Shown piece by piece: positions 12,376-26,040 of a stretch of DNA of 64,000 bases (position 1 is its first letter; the number at the start of each line of letters is the position of its first letter). The stretch is from Isurus oxyrinchus. Its lineage: Eukaryota. The translations under genes were made by a program, and so were the position numbers. The stretch is from positions 2,914,001 to 2,978,000 of the forward strand of contig JANJGN010000041.1 of the NCBI GenBank assembly GCA_026770705.1. The letters run 5' to 3'. Under the pieces are notes generated by a model. That model was given only the letters and a program-made list of their open reading frames with translations. It ran no database searches and was not told where the DNA came from.

Positions 12376-12819
12376 TAAGTACCAGTACCCAAGAAGTATT
12401 CTGTTTAACATTCCTTATCGCAGAGCTAGAACAACAACTAATGAAATCTACACCAAAGGAGTAAAGTAGAATGTTTGAAAGCACCACAAACATCACCATA
12501 AAGAATCCACATGAAAATTACAAAGTTGGTTATACGCTGGGCTTTGGTTACAATTTGTGGCTGTGCACAAATCAGCTCCAGCTGATGGTCCACAGTCCCT
12601 TGTAAATGCAGAATTTTTAGTTCTTTATCAAGGTGAATCCTACCCCATTTAGCACAATGGTTGCATCACAAAATTGCGGTGGATGGAAGCCCCGATATGA
12701 GGGCGGAATTAGTCTGTACGAGGACCATGCCCAGGTCAATCTAATCAAGCATTGAATAGACAGATGCACATTTAGTGGGCAGGTTGGTGGAGCAAATTCA
12801 ATAAGCTTTTTGCACCTGG

Positions 12820-13980
12820 TTCTTTCCCTGACCACCTGCCAAAGACCCTGTCTAGCACTTAACTTTATGACTCTGCCAGCTCAGTCATTAGTGGAGCTAC
12901 CAATCCTTTCGTGCTCACAGACAACGAGGTCCCCGACGTAACTCACTTTTTTTTTCTTGTCACTCCCCAAAACGTCGGCCATTAATGATCATTAATTCAT
13001 CCGCTGAGGGGAACGGTAGGTGGTCACCAGGAGAGGACATTCATTGCCCATGTGATGTCATGAGATTTCATGTAATTACCACGTGCTCTGAAATGGTGCA
13101 CACTGAAAGTGTTGCAACATGGTGCTTAGGAAAGCAGTAATGCAATTGAGCACAAGAAATTGGATGGTTGATTCAACTTTTACATAAGATTATTTTACTC
13201 AGATGTTTGCTGATGATTGATAAGAACTTTAAAAGCGGTAAGAGGAATTATTCAGTTAGGGATAAAAAGCTTGATTCATTAAGTTTAAGAATATTTGCAA
13301 ATCAAGAAGTCTTCTTTGTCCAGGATTAAGTCAATATCCTTGAAGTCTCTTGGAGCGTAAATCATCTGGACAGTTGTAGCTTATCCCATCACACTCCTGA
13401 TTTGTGTATATCAGATGGAGGAAAGGTATGGTAGAGTAAGGAGTTTCATTGCTCAACATAGTAAGCTCAGATTCTGACCAGCCCTTTTAGTCGCAATTTC
13501 TTGTCAATGGTTTTTCCAAGGATGTTGAAAATGGGGCCTGAAGCCTCTACATCAGCCTACTTCTTCAGTCATTCCTTCAATTCAAGTGCTGAGAATCGCA
13601 TTGTATAAAGACTGGCATCTGGGATGCTTGTCATCCATAGGAGGAGATCGGGATAGCTCATCCACCCGTTACTTCAGGGTGAATGTGGCTGCAAGTTCTA
13701 CAGCCATGTATATGCAGTGGTTCGCTGCACTCCACAGTCATTGCCGATGGGGATATTGGTGGAAGCAGACTAAAAGTGAGGTGCAGAACTTTCCACGACC
13801 ATTCAAGTCTTGTGTGACAGGACTTCAGAGCTGAGCTATCGTTATTTGCTAGGAGGATGATGGAGCCTGTCTCTCTCATGCTGAATACGCTGTTTTGCCT
13901 GCAAGTAGCCCTGTCTTACAATTCACCCGGTTAAGCCCTGTAGTTAGGTATGATCGCTGCTGATGTGGACATATGACAGA
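12820..13980 (-). mobile_element. Fragments of LINE family B
   Basis: TTGCCCATGTGATGTCATGAGATTTCATG, GACAGTTGTAGCTTATCCCA, GATGATGGAGCCTGTCTC and GCAAGTAGCCCTGT resemble the reverse strand of family B endonuclease/RT regions; patchy. Confidence 0.45.
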
Positions 13981-14489
13981 TGTTGGCAAAGTTCCTTCAT
14001 TTGTGCATTTGACCTCGAAAGCCTGGAAGGATTAGTGCAGAAGTGGCATGGGAACACTCTTCGTTACAAAATCCTTTCCAAGTCACACACCAAGCTGACT
14101 TGGTGAGACATAACATTTCCCTGACTGTCACTGGGTCTAAAACCTGGAAATCCACCGCTCGAAGCATTGTGTCTGCAACCGCTTTTGACATGGACTGCAA
14201 CATTAGAAAACCTTATTTTCAACGGGAATTCGTGAAAATGGAAGTAAAAGTGCAATTCTCGTCAATATATCCAAAGAAAAGAAAATGTTGCATGAGGACA
14301 AATCTATGACTATTGCTAGGATTTTTGTATTGAAATGACGGCCCTGGCTGCTTCTTCTGTTCCAACTCAACAAAGATTATCTACAAAATCAATGTTTAAA
14401 TACAAATTATTTCGGAGTACACTGGCCCCTAACTGAGAACGTATATTTTGATTTCAGTCCTCAATATTAAATCTTTCACCAGAAGCATT

Positions 14490-15197
14490 GCCTGGAATTT
14501 TCGTCCACACATCGCCCCTTCGCGTCCCAAGCCCCAAATTCCCCACTCCCCAACAGCCATCCCCCACAAAAATGCCGAATCCGCGCAAAGAACATTGACT
14601 TGCATCGTGTATGATGACGTCACGTACTTGAATCTCCCAGATGCAGCTGGAGAACGGGCGGGCCCACCTTTTCCAAGTTAGTAATTAGCAAGTTATTGAG
14701 CTTGTGTATGACACAATCGTATGTTTTTTTTTTCATTGGTGCTCTGCACTTACCGTGGCCCAGAGGAGAGAGATAAAAATATTTCTGGGCAGCTACCATC
14801 AGGCGAGAATCGCGAGGAAGACAGGTTATGCATCCGGGACCATGATTGAATGTAGCAACGGCTTGTGCTGGTGAAGCCTTCATGTTTACTTTTCAGGTTT
14901 TTATTTCTTGCCTGAGCTGTCAGGGAAAATTATTTTTTGAAAATCAGTTTCTGAGAGCAAGTGATCTTGACCTTGCAGCCATACCGACTTGCTGCTTACA
15001 GTATTACTCTCTGCCACATGCTGTTCAGGCTTTCACTGCCGATTGGACGCGTCCCCACTTTGCATCACTCAATGCCTCCTCCAAGTGGGAATTTAATGAA
15101 TTGCGGAGCGGGAGATGGTCTAAGGGAGGGTGAGTAGGAAAGGGCTAATTTTGCATTTCTCCAATCTCATGCTGACCGCAAACGTAAAATCCAGACC
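14490..15197. mobile_element. Non-autonomous DNA transposon (MITE, Harbinger-like termini) in the GPCR intron
   Basis: Left GCCTGGAATTTTCG (14490) and right CGTAAAATCCAGACC (15183-15197) form an imperfect ~15-bp terminal inverted repeat around a CpG-richer interior. Confidence 0.5.
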
Positions 15198-16091
15198 GCT
15201 CTCTACTTATTGTATTGTTTCTTAATGATCTTAAATCACGTTTAGCGGTTTGAACATGCGCCGGAAGATTTCTGTCACTTCTCTAGTGTAACTGTTGCTG
15301 TCGAGCCTGCAGCAATGTGCCATACACACAAACACACTTCAGTGGATCACACTCGGAGTAGTGTTCGCCACAGCATTCACAAATTCACTGAAATGAATTA
15401 ATCCTTAATGATCTGTTTTGAATGCAAAATATGCCATAGAAAATTGTTGTTTTGTTCTTAAATTGCGAATATAACATTGCTGTTAAAGTGCTATGGATTT
15501 GGGACCGTGGAGGAAACTCCATTGCTCTGTCGTTCTTCACACTCTGCAGTAACGACACCAAGAGGCCCATGAACTGAAGTGCACTGCACCTGCTCCAGGT
15601 TCCTTTTCCTAAACACCAAAGCAATAACAGGTCAGAAGCAGATTGCAGTTGCAGAGAGCAATGGGTCCTTCTGTCGCATTTATACATGTTGATTTCTCTA
15701 ATTTATTTATCAGGGAATAATGTTCATAATATATTTGATGACGGTATTCTTAATTTGCTAGCTAAATAGTTGATAATGGATTGAATAGGTCACTATTTCT
15801 TCAGTTGATCATTGAATGGTTCATTTCTGGGGCATTTCAACGTTCAATTCGGAGGAAAATTCTGGGAATATACTGATAATTTATTGAATAATAGTTTTGA
15901 TAATTAATTTGTTCAAACATTGGCTGCTTCATTACACAATTGTTTAAATTACTGTATTTTTAAGCCCTTTCCTTATTTACAGTGCTGGCCAGTAGAGTTT
16001 CAAGTGCTGATAATTTGACTAAGAATCTTTGTATAATTCACAATAGTGCACGGATAATTATGCCTCTCAGTTTAAATGCACGTCATTATAG

Positions 16092-16093
<2 letters not shown>

Positions 16094-16137
<44 letters not shown>
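16094..16137. repeat. (AT)n microsatellite, ~22 units
   Basis: Perfect dinucleotide run. Confidence 0.98.
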
Positions 16138-16140
<3 letters not shown>

Positions 16141-18656
16141 GTTTGATCAAATAATAATAGGTATCGGGTAAATGAAGGTCAATTTTAATTTTTAACAGTT
16201 ACTTCAAGCTGCAATTGTGTCAAAAAAGCTTTGATTAATAATGCTTCCATCTTTTCCAGTGTATCCTACATGGTCAACAGAAACTCAAACCTGAATTTTT
16301 TATCAATTGCCAGGCGTTTTCAGTGTTGTTTTTGATTTTCTTTGACAGCTCCATTAAGGCAATGACTGTTTGCTGCTTGCATTCGAGTTAGAAAACTGTG
16401 AATCGAAGGTTGCCAAGTGGGCTGTGTATTTAACGCAAATAGGTTTTTTTTGTTTGTGTGGTCAAAGCTTGCCAACTTACAATCTGATCCAAAAATGTAA
16501 AGACACTGTTTATCTTTATCCGACTAATTTGTTTTTCATCATTCAACGTTCATCTGAATCATTAACCAACAACTTACTGAAATAATATGATCCAAAATGT
16601 TACTTCACCACCCCGTTAGCAGACGTTCAATGCATTGTTTTTCAATAAGTTCAAGTTTGCGAAAACTCTCCGTTCAGTCTGCACCATGTTGCACAGGCAT
16701 GAAACCAGTTCGTACTTGAAATAACTCTCTACCTCCTCGTCCCATTATTTTGAGAATGTGCATTTTCCATTCCCTATTCTGTGCCTCACGAATCTGACCA
16801 GAGATTTCAGTTGGAAGGCGATTCAGCACCATTGTCACAGCCATGTCATCCTATCCTATAGCATCACCACCAGAACTAGAAAGAAAATTTCAGCAGCGAG
16901 CCGGTTACCTACTTTTGATAATAATTCAGGCTAGTGTTATTTACCTTGCTTTAAAATGCAGGAATTAATTTAGTAAATGTGCGCATCAAGTTGTTACATA
17001 TCTGGCAGCTACAAATTAGATTCACTTAGAAAATCTATTCTTCAAAATTCAAATGGACCTTTACTAAGTAAACAACAGAAATCGTAATGCAATCTGTGAG
17101 TCACGTCAATTTCGCTTGAATTGTATAAATCATTTAATTTAATCAGTAATCCGTATAAATGTCTGTCTGAAGTTAATCTTCTGCAGAGTAATGCACCATT
17201 GAATATCTTGGCCTATTCCCTAAAAAGGATCCTGCATTTTGAAAAAAAAAGAGAGATGGATTTTAACAAATAAGGCAACGGTTTTATGAGCCTGCCCAAT
17301 CTGAAATGAATTCAAACATGGGGCTGGTAGGAGTTAGGTGTTTATCGTCACGTATTCGACAATTTGTAATTTCACTTTTCTGAACATCTATTAGTCTACA
17401 GAATCAAATCGATGTGCCCTTCACTGTCAATCGTTATCCCGCACTTTGTGCCCAGCAAAAATCAATTTTCAGCTTCACATTTAAAATCACTTCACACGGA
17501 TGCTGTGCTTGGGACGCAAGCGTCTCCCTCCTGCCCTTTCAGCAACTAAGTGATTTGTTTTGCAGCCGATCAATTATTGGGAACTCTGTCCTGTCTACTT
17601 GGAAGCAAAACACTGGTTATGACCTCGCTAGAATCACATCTCCGAATGGCTCAGTAACTTTGCTTTGCAAGAAATGTGCCCCTATGGCCAATAAATATTG
17701 CACACTCAATCTGATAGCAAAGTCACCCTTCCCAATCAGCAATTAAAATGCCCTCTTTTTCAGTACTGAATGCACCCATTCTGCGTAGCAATGTTGTTTT
17801 ACTCATTCTGCAATAAATTAGCGATGCATTCACATGAAATATTCACAGTGCCCAGCCAGCATATCAATCTCAGATTACTCAGTCTAACGTAAAGCACATG
17901 ACTGATCAGATCTCATCATCGAATAAAACTTCTCCCTGGGAACCTGCATAAGAACGTCACCTAATACTGATTGCCATTGTACCGCTCCTCTGATGACACC
18001 TGTGTAAACTAGCGTTCAGCCTTATCTATGCTGGTCTTTTATGTAGCTCAGTGACCATTTTCTGGTCCTTTGCCTTTACCATTTCATCTTTACTCTCACA
18101 AGCGTTCAAAGTCTGTTCGTGCCGCTGGGCTATATCTTACCTTCAGGCTGCAGGTCCTGTAGCACAGTAAACCTTCCCAGTACTTATTCACATCTATAGA
18201 CCACCCAGCACGCCTTTCTCCACTCCCTATTCCAGAGTATAACTCTTCCAGGCCTAGATTCTATTTTGTGCCTTAATTTCCCCACTTCACATTGTACCAA
18301 CACATATGACTTGACTCTGTAGACCTCCCCCTTGCCTTTTAATATTCACCATGCCATTTGTTTGTGTGTAATCAATTTTTCCAGGTCACATTCGCCCTCA
18401 GCAACCTCAATCGTTATTATACAATTGTTGTCCAGTTTACATTGAAGATGTTGCTTTCAAACGACGAAGTATCAAATGATGTTTTTCGTCCCTATCAAAT
18501 TTAAGTAGGTCCAGTTTACATTTAGAACATGCTCGCCTCGGAAAGCTGACTGTGCATTGTTTGGTCAAATGAACGATCCTTTGCTGCAACAGGAAGAAAA
18601 TTATTCACGTTCATCCGTGTCATCTATCTCCTGCTCTCTCTATCCCTCTCTTACAG

Positions 18657-19594
18657 TTAATGTTGTTGCGATTGTGATTCTTTCACGAGGAAAGTGTGGC
18701 CTTTCCAAAGGTATTACCCAGTATATGATCGCCATGGCTGCTGCAGATCTCCTGGTTGTTTGTGCAGAAGTCATACTGAAGAATATATTGGAAATTTATT
18801 TATCTGTTTCATTTTTGACCATGAGCACAATGTGCATTCTAACTGTGACTCTGACTTATGTAGTCACATCAGCCTCTCTCTGGTTCACAGTGGCGTTCAC
18901 CTTCGATCGTTTTGTGGTCATATGCTGTAAGAAGCTACGAAAAAAATATTGCACGGAGACAACAGCAGTAGCTGTCATATCAGTAGTGAGTGTTTTGAGT
19001 TGTTTGATAAACATTCCCTGGTACTTCGCATTTGAACCTGCGTATATAATGGACAATGTAAATTGTGGTTGTGTCGTAAAACAGACATTTTTCATTTCAG
19101 CTGAATGGGCCGTATTTGACATGTTTACCGTTATCTTGACCCCATGTGTTCCATTCATTCTAATTTTGTTGCTAAATGTTTTGACGGCAAGACGTATTTT
19201 GGCGGCCAGTAAAGTTCGCAGGGGTCTCCGCAGTTGCAGCAATGGAGAACATCACAAGGATTCTGAAATAGAAAGCCGAAGAACATCCATTATTTTACTC
19301 TTCAGTATAACAGCCAGCTTTATATTGCTCTGGACAACTTCGCTTATATATATTTTGTCACTGCGTGTATCCATCACATCAAATTCTGGCACAAATGAGC
19401 TTGAGTCAGTTGGATCCATGCTTGGGATCCTCAGTTGCTGCACAAATACATTCATTTATGTGCTGACACAGGCTAAGTTTAGGGAGGAGCTGAAGAACGG
19501 AATGCAGTACCTTGTGAAACTGTGCATAAACATAGGCAAATTACAGCTGCGAACACATTGTTCTTTACAGGAGGACAGAAACTTTCTGCCCTGA
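18657..19594 (+). CDS. GPCR coding exon 2, class A orphan receptor of GPR139/GPR142-like type (spliced product ~335 aa)
   Basis: Polypyrimidine tract plus TTACAG acceptor ending at 18656; uninterrupted frame with hydrophobic helices, TM2 MAAADLLVV, TM3 AFTFDRFVVIC, TM4 NIPWYF, TM5 LTPCVPF, TM6 FILLW, TM7 SCCTNTFIY, helix 8 KFREEL; TGA ends at 19594. Confidence 0.93.
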
Positions 19595-19749
19595 AAGAAC
19601 TCATGTTAGCGAAATGCTTGTAGAAGCGTTTAAGTGCTCTGGATAATATAATATCCTCCTAAAAATGTTCACTTATGATATAATGTCAAATTGGACTTTT
19701 CAAAGTATACTGTAATCGAAGGTGAATTGTAAGTTGTGATAATAATAAG

Positions 19750-19765
19750 AATAAATAATAATAAA
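19750..19765 (+). promoter_or_regulatory. Candidate polyadenylation signals for the GPCR
   Basis: Two AATAAA hexamers (19750, 19760) ~160 bp after the stop; they lie in an AAT-rich tract so could be chance. Confidence 0.4.
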
Positions 19766-21229
19766 AATACAGAACCGCACCTGTTAGTGTTGCAGAGTTT
19801 AAAAGGGTCAAATCTGATGCCAGGTTCCCACAGTCTTCTGTTCATTGGAAGAGCTGTTCTGATCAACATGAGAATACCCGAAACATCACCAGTACATGGG
19901 GGAATATTCAGAACAGGTTTTATGAAGTCTGGTACTCTCCAAATATCCAACAGTTGCACAATCAGCTGCTTCTCAGAGTTCCAAAGAACTCGAATGATTA
20001 AAACAAGGAAGGCATGGTCATCACGTGTTTTGTAAAACGACGGTTATTGGCGCAATTGATCACTCATTCCCACGCTCCATAGGGCTGAGACGAATCCATG
20101 TATTGTATTCAAATCTATTAAATCCAATTTTCCTACGATTCGTTTGAAAGCACTAATAGCTCATACTTGTTTTTCCTCGATTAATGAGGCTACCTCCTCT
20201 CCACATGCTCATTCACAACACTGTCTGTTGCATGTTATCTGGTGCCTCCAAATAGCTGTGATCATATTTCTTTAATATGTTTGACTTGATAGCCATTCAT
20301 CAATAACACGTGTGACGCTTCAACCAGGTACCTGCACGAATTCCCAGCCAAGAAACATCTGATCACACATGGCCCTACCATCAACTTCCTTCTTTGTACA
20401 CCTATGCATACTGAATTTAAAAAAAAAAATGTAATGTAATTCTTCTCGTCCCATATTCTTATCATTTACTTGGCTTAAATGCCGTTCGTAGAATGCAACC
20501 ATAGATAGACCACAGCACAAAAGCAGACCATTTGTCCCTTCCTTTCCTTATTGTACCACTTCAGGAAGATGCAACCTGTAGGCATTCCACCAGTTACTCT
20601 CTGTTATCTGGGTCATTCGCTTTTCTCAGATATTAATCCAAAATCCTGTTGATCATTCTTAATTAACCACCCCAATCACCCGGTAAAATGATTGGCCAGA
20701 ACAACTGCCAATTAAAACAGCATTAAATAGAAAACTACAACCGCTGTCCTTGAATAAATTCACGTTTAAAACAAGACAGATTCGGTCATGGCATGAGTGG
20801 CACAGCTGGCAAGAAAAGCAATTATTGCCAATCTTTAATTGCTATTACAGCAAAGCATACGTGATCCTTCGTTTCAAGCAGCTACAGTGTTTCTGATGTC
20901 TTCGCAAAGGCTGCTTAGGGTCTTAATTATTAATTGCCCACTCAGCCGGCCCAGCTACCACTCTTTTCTAAATGCTTGATCTCGCCTTTTGACAACTGCA
21001 CTTTCTAAAGAACCACCCGACCGCTCAGCTTCCAGTCCTTTTAGTTCCTCAAGGAACCGGAGTTTCGCAAAATAGTGTCCGAGTCTCAACTGAGTTTAGT
21101 TCCCACAACAATGACCTCCTCTCGATCTTAAGTTCGGAAATGGGAATGTTCGCTCATGGTTGCACAATGTTCAACACAATTTGTGACTCCTGAGATAATG
21201 AGGTTGTCCTTTCCCAAATGCAGCATCTT

Positions 21230-22030
21230 CAGGCTTTGGCTGACATGTGGCCAAGGACGCTCACACCATACAAGCAACTGGCAATGACTATCTCAAAAAG
21301 AAAAAATCAAGCCATCGCCCTTCGACGTCCAATGGCATTACCATCGCCCAAAGTCGCATTTGCAACATTCTAACGGATATCATTAACCAGAAACAACATA
21401 ACTGGATTGGCCATATAAACATAACGTCTACCATTGCAGTTCAGATGCAAAGAATCCCGCGGCGAGTAACATACCTCCTGACTCCCCAATTCCTTTCCAC
21501 CGTCTGCAAGGCACAAGATAGGATTGTGCTGGTATACTCTCCACTTGCTTAGATGCGTGCAGCTTCAATAGCAGTCAAGAAGAATGATAAAATCTTGGAC
21601 AAATCAGCCGTTGATTGACACCACATAAAAAAACGTTGACTCTCTCCACCACCGATGAACAATGGCATCAGGGTTTATTACCTGCAAGGTGCACTGCAGG
21701 AATTCTCGAAATCACCTTAGACATTACAGTCCAAGCCCACGACCACAACCATATGGAAGGATAATGGGCAGCAGGTGCATGGGAACACAATGCTTTGTAA
21801 GTTCCACTCCAAGCTACTCCCCAGCCTGATTTGAAATTATCTACCTGCCCCTTCATTGTTGTTGGGTCAAATTCAATGGAACTCCATCCATAACTGCAGT
21901 ATGGGTATAGGATTACCAGAGGGATTGAGGCGATTCAAGAAGGCAGCTAAGCAGCACGTTCTCTAGAGTACCTACGTCTGGACACTAAATGTGGTGTGAA
22001 CAATTGACGCCAACACCCTCTTAACGGATA
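21230..22030 (+). mobile_element. LINE family B 3' portion
   Basis: GCCAAGGACGCTCACACCATACAAG, GGCGAGTAACATACCTCCTGACTCCCCAA and GATTCAAGAAGGCAGCT; colinear with 27030-27770. Confidence 0.75.
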
Positions 22031-23069
22031 AAAATAAACTATCATTTTGTCTGTGGCTACACAGCTACTGTGCATCCCATTTCTCTGTTCTAATATAGTT
22101 CTAATTGCATGTAATTGGCAAGTGACCCCTCCCACTCCCACAACCCGCGCCTCTGTCCTCTTTAATGAGCCTAAATGTTCTTAAGCAGCATTATCTGTGA
22201 TAATTTGTCTATTAATATCTGAAAATCCTCTAGGGCATGTATTCTCTTCATTAATCTTCTCTGTTGTAATATCAAAATGCAACTAGTTTGTTGAAGCATG
22301 TTCTTATTTTAAGGCATGGTGTTATAAACCATTGATCATTCTTAATTAAATTCAATAGTTTCCAATTCCCGGCTAGACTCTTGACAGTCAGGACAGGTGT
22401 ATTTACTCTTTTACTGCAGCAGCTGAACAGTGAGAGCAGAGATTGAGAGAGAGCTTGGAGCTGAGAACAAACAGGTGATTTTTCTTTTAAGGGGTCGTTG
22501 AGGCACGAGGGCAGAAATATAAAAAGAGCGGGAGCCGGGTTGCCAGAGGAGAGATTGAAAAAGAGCTAGAGGGAGATAGTCAAAGCCCAGATTAGAAAGT
22601 GGCTGACCTCCCATAACAGAGTTCAAACCAATGGGAGCTAGATAATTTAAAACTTAAAGGCGATCTTCTCCCAGAGCAGTGATTTATAAAAGTTCAGGAT
22701 CTAAATAGCTAGAGCATACTTTAATAAGAAGCAGGAAGTATTAGCTAGGACACGGATGGGGTGGGAATTAACAAGTGAGGTTGATAGGAATCCATTGCAA
22801 TAAGACATGGAGAGTCTACCTGAATAGGCAGGGGATTAGCAGAGGCAATTTAATGCGTTAAAATATAAAATCTTACAATTTGGCAGAAGGGGTAGTGAGG
22901 GGGAATAAAGACGCAATGTCACTGAATTTGATAGAATGGATGGTCAAATGTGCATAGGCTTTGATCTTTGATTGTGGTAGACAGATCCTTGCCTCGGGTA
23001 TGGAGAATTGCAGCGACAACACCTGGCACCGTACTTTGGGGGAGGGATATGGACTGCACTGGGTGACCT

Positions 23070-24620
23070 TTGAATATGGACGACCTTTCATTTCTGAGTA
23101 AGTTTGAAGGTGTCTGTTTAAGAGAAATAAATGAGCGCCCTATTCATATTTCGGTTTCAATGACTAGCACGATCAGAGACAGAGAAAATGGGGGAATGGT
23201 GCTCGGGTGTGGAGAAAATGCAGAAAAAAACAGGATATGATAAGACCCTGAAATGTTCTCCAGAAAACTAGAAGGCTTTGAAAAGTTCTTCGGCACGTCT
23301 GCAAAATATTGCATTTAGGCACTTCAGCGAATGTACCAGCGAAGAGCCTGGTGCACATGAAAAATCGCTGATGCGGCTTCTTGATTCCGCTGCAAATTGT
23401 ACGTCTCAGAAACCGCCCAGATATTATGGAAGGAATGCTGCAGTGCCTGGAAACATTGCAATGACAGTTGGCAATGTCATCGAATTATCTAAGGAGCAAG
23501 ATCAAAATCCAACAAATTGAATTAGCACAAAGCCAACGTTCCCAGAAATGAAGGCACCAGATGAGTAAGCGCAGGGATAAATAAATAAGGTGAAGAAAGA
23601 ATGGCAAGCAACTTTGACAGGCATTATTGCAGTCGTCCAGCTCCAGTTGATCATAACTCAGAATTTCGATGAACAAATGCAACACATTATGAACACAGCA
23701 ATGAAACCTTCCTTGGATTAATTGTCATTAGAGCTAAATTCGAACCAATGATACAAGGATATGTCCCATGCATTAAAAACTAATACAATCCTGACCATTT
23801 TCTTTGACCTCGCATTCAAAAAGAACTAATTTCGATGATGGCATCGCAGGTGAAGAAAATGAACATAATTGTAATGCTGAAGGCGGCAAAACACGTTGTG
23901 CTTATTCTTGACGGTGCCGCTGGTCTGAGTGATGAAGATCAGATATTCGTTGTTCTTCTTTAGGTTGATCTGACTTTTGAAGATGTGAATCGAAGGGAGT
24001 ATTTGATTCAGTATCTGCTGATTCAAGAGAACATTTTGCAAGGCCTAATTTTCTCAATGATGCGCCAGATGGACGAGGACTTTAGAGCAATGACTGCAAG
24101 AGGCAGTGACATAACAATCGGCTAAACATTAAGGATCAGAAACAAAAGGTTTAGTCCTGCCCCCTTCATCACAACCATCGGGGCTTGTTAACTCCACGAG
24201 GCTGCCACAAATTGGAAGATATAGTAAAGTATACTTCTAAAACCACGGCATTCTTTTGAAGCCGTGCCGCGAACTTGAATAAGTATTTCAGTTTGAAATA
24301 ATCGTTAACATATCTTGAGAGCAGATGCTTCCTGTGTAACGTTAAAGTCGTTGTCAGACTGTTGGTGGCATGTTTAACGCAGAATGGAAATGCAATCTGT
24401 TCCAAAACAGCTGATATCAGTATGAAATTGATTACAGTTACTGAAGAATGTCACAACTCAAATGTTAATATAGAGGCATATTCCAGGATCAACGACGAAG
24501 TTGAAGCTTTCGAATTTCGCTTTGCAATGGTTCAGTGGTAGGACAGCATATTCGCTACAAGCATTCTGACTCAGAACATTCAATCCTTCAAAATGCAGCT
24601 TCGTGTGGCTTTAGTATTTC
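23070..24620 (+). mobile_element. Fossil hAT-superfamily transposase (ZMYM1/Tip100-like)
   Basis: Hand translation gives GLIVIRAKFEPMIQ..., PRIQKELISMMA, ILDGAAGLSDEDQI, DCKRQ*HNN and FEFRFAMVQW*DSIFA, matching in order the hAT motifs GLIE..A.FDP, IQNELI, ILD.TPD.SH.EQ, DCRGQ.YDN and FEF.L.MVIW.DIL; many stops and frameshifts. Confidence 0.75.
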
Positions 24621-26040
24621 GGAGGGATAGGCGAAAATGAAAAGCAGGCTGCATAGCACTCTTAATAAGGGAATATATTATTGTTAAGAGCGGATCTTTC
24701 ATCAAACCTTGATGAGCCAATTTGTGAGGAGCTGGGAAACGGCAAATGGATCAGATATCAGTGGGAGTTGTTTATAGGCCACCAAACATTTGTGTCACAG
24801 TATATATCAGGAAATTCGATCTGGATGTAACATGGTTAAAGCAGGAAAATGGGAAACTTCGATTTACAAAGAGACAATGGTTAACCAAATCAGCACTCAT
24901 AACCTGGAAGAGGAATTCATTGAATGTATGTGTGACTGGTGTCAGCACAAATACGTTAAAGAGCCAACTAGGGATCGACCTAGACAGGATTTATTGCTAA
25001 GCCATGAGAAAGGTTCAATGGATGTCCTTGCTTTCAGGGATTCTTTGGGAAATAATGACGATAACGTGATAACATTTTGCAAAAATGTATGACATCGGTA
25101 TGCTGTACTCTAATGCTCTGTTCTCAAATCTGACTAAAGGAAATTATGAATGAAAGAGAGGCAAGTTGGCTATGATGCATTTTCAAAGTATAGCAAAAGG
25201 TTTGTCAGTAGACAGGCAATGGCGAGTATTTAAGGAAAGGATGCTGTGTCTACATCAGACATGCATTCATCGAAAGCTCAAGCACTCACAGGGAAAGAAA
25301 ACTCATGGATTGTTAACAAATGAATTTAAATATTGCATTACATGAAATGAAATAATTTATCGCGGCACATGAAAGACATGGTAAATCTGAAGGTTGGGGG
25401 AAATTTGGAACCCAGCAAAGGAGGACTAAGAAATCGATTTAGAAATGGGAAGAGAATGGATTACTATCCAGCGAGGAATGTGAAGAACAAATCTGGGCAC
25501 TTTACATGTGGGTAGAGAAATATTTATCGTGGAGAAAAGGGAAACAGCATAGCAACGAAAACGTAACTTTTAGCTTATCCTCACCAAAGAACATATAGAA
25601 TATTTCCAAGATAAGCTAGGCAACCAAGTGACTTGTGAAACAGGGGTGTAAAAAGAAATAAATAGTATTAGTGAAAAAGGTAGTACTTGAAATGTGAACT
25701 TGGATTGACGATTACATAATTGGCTGGATTAGAATTGCTTCATCTCATGAGTTCCGAAGGAGGAGGCTAAAGAAACGTTGGATGCATTGGTTGTTTTCTT
25801 GCAAAATTCTGTAGCTTCTGGAAAGTCTCCAGCTGAATGCAAAGTATCAGATGTTGAATCACTATTCTAGAATGGAACCAACGGGACGAGATAGAATTGC
25901 AGACATGTTAGTTTGACTTAACTGGTATGGAAAATGTCATAATGTATTAGTCCGATTCGGTAACTGGGTATTTAGTAAAAAACTGGTAAGATTGCGCAGT
26001 GTCAACAAGGGTATATGAAAAGGGAATCATGTTAGACAGA
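24620..26040 (+). mobile_element. CR1 LINE ORF2 fragment (endonuclease to start of RT)
   Basis: ORFs VGVVYRPPN and EEEFIECM...YVKEPTR..DLLL....LGNNDDN; later GATGCATTGGTTGTTTTCTTGCAAAATTCTGTAG (DALVV..QNS). Confidence 0.8.

Noticed and set aside
18557-18656. N-terminus MFGQMNDP... of the 345-aa ORF as a single-exon gene
   Set aside because: Starts at TTG, crosses a polypyrimidine tract and acceptor, and lacks the first half of TM1 that the upstream exon supplies.
18856-19455. Antisense ORFs over the GPCR exon
   Set aside because: Shadow frames of the real coding sequence.
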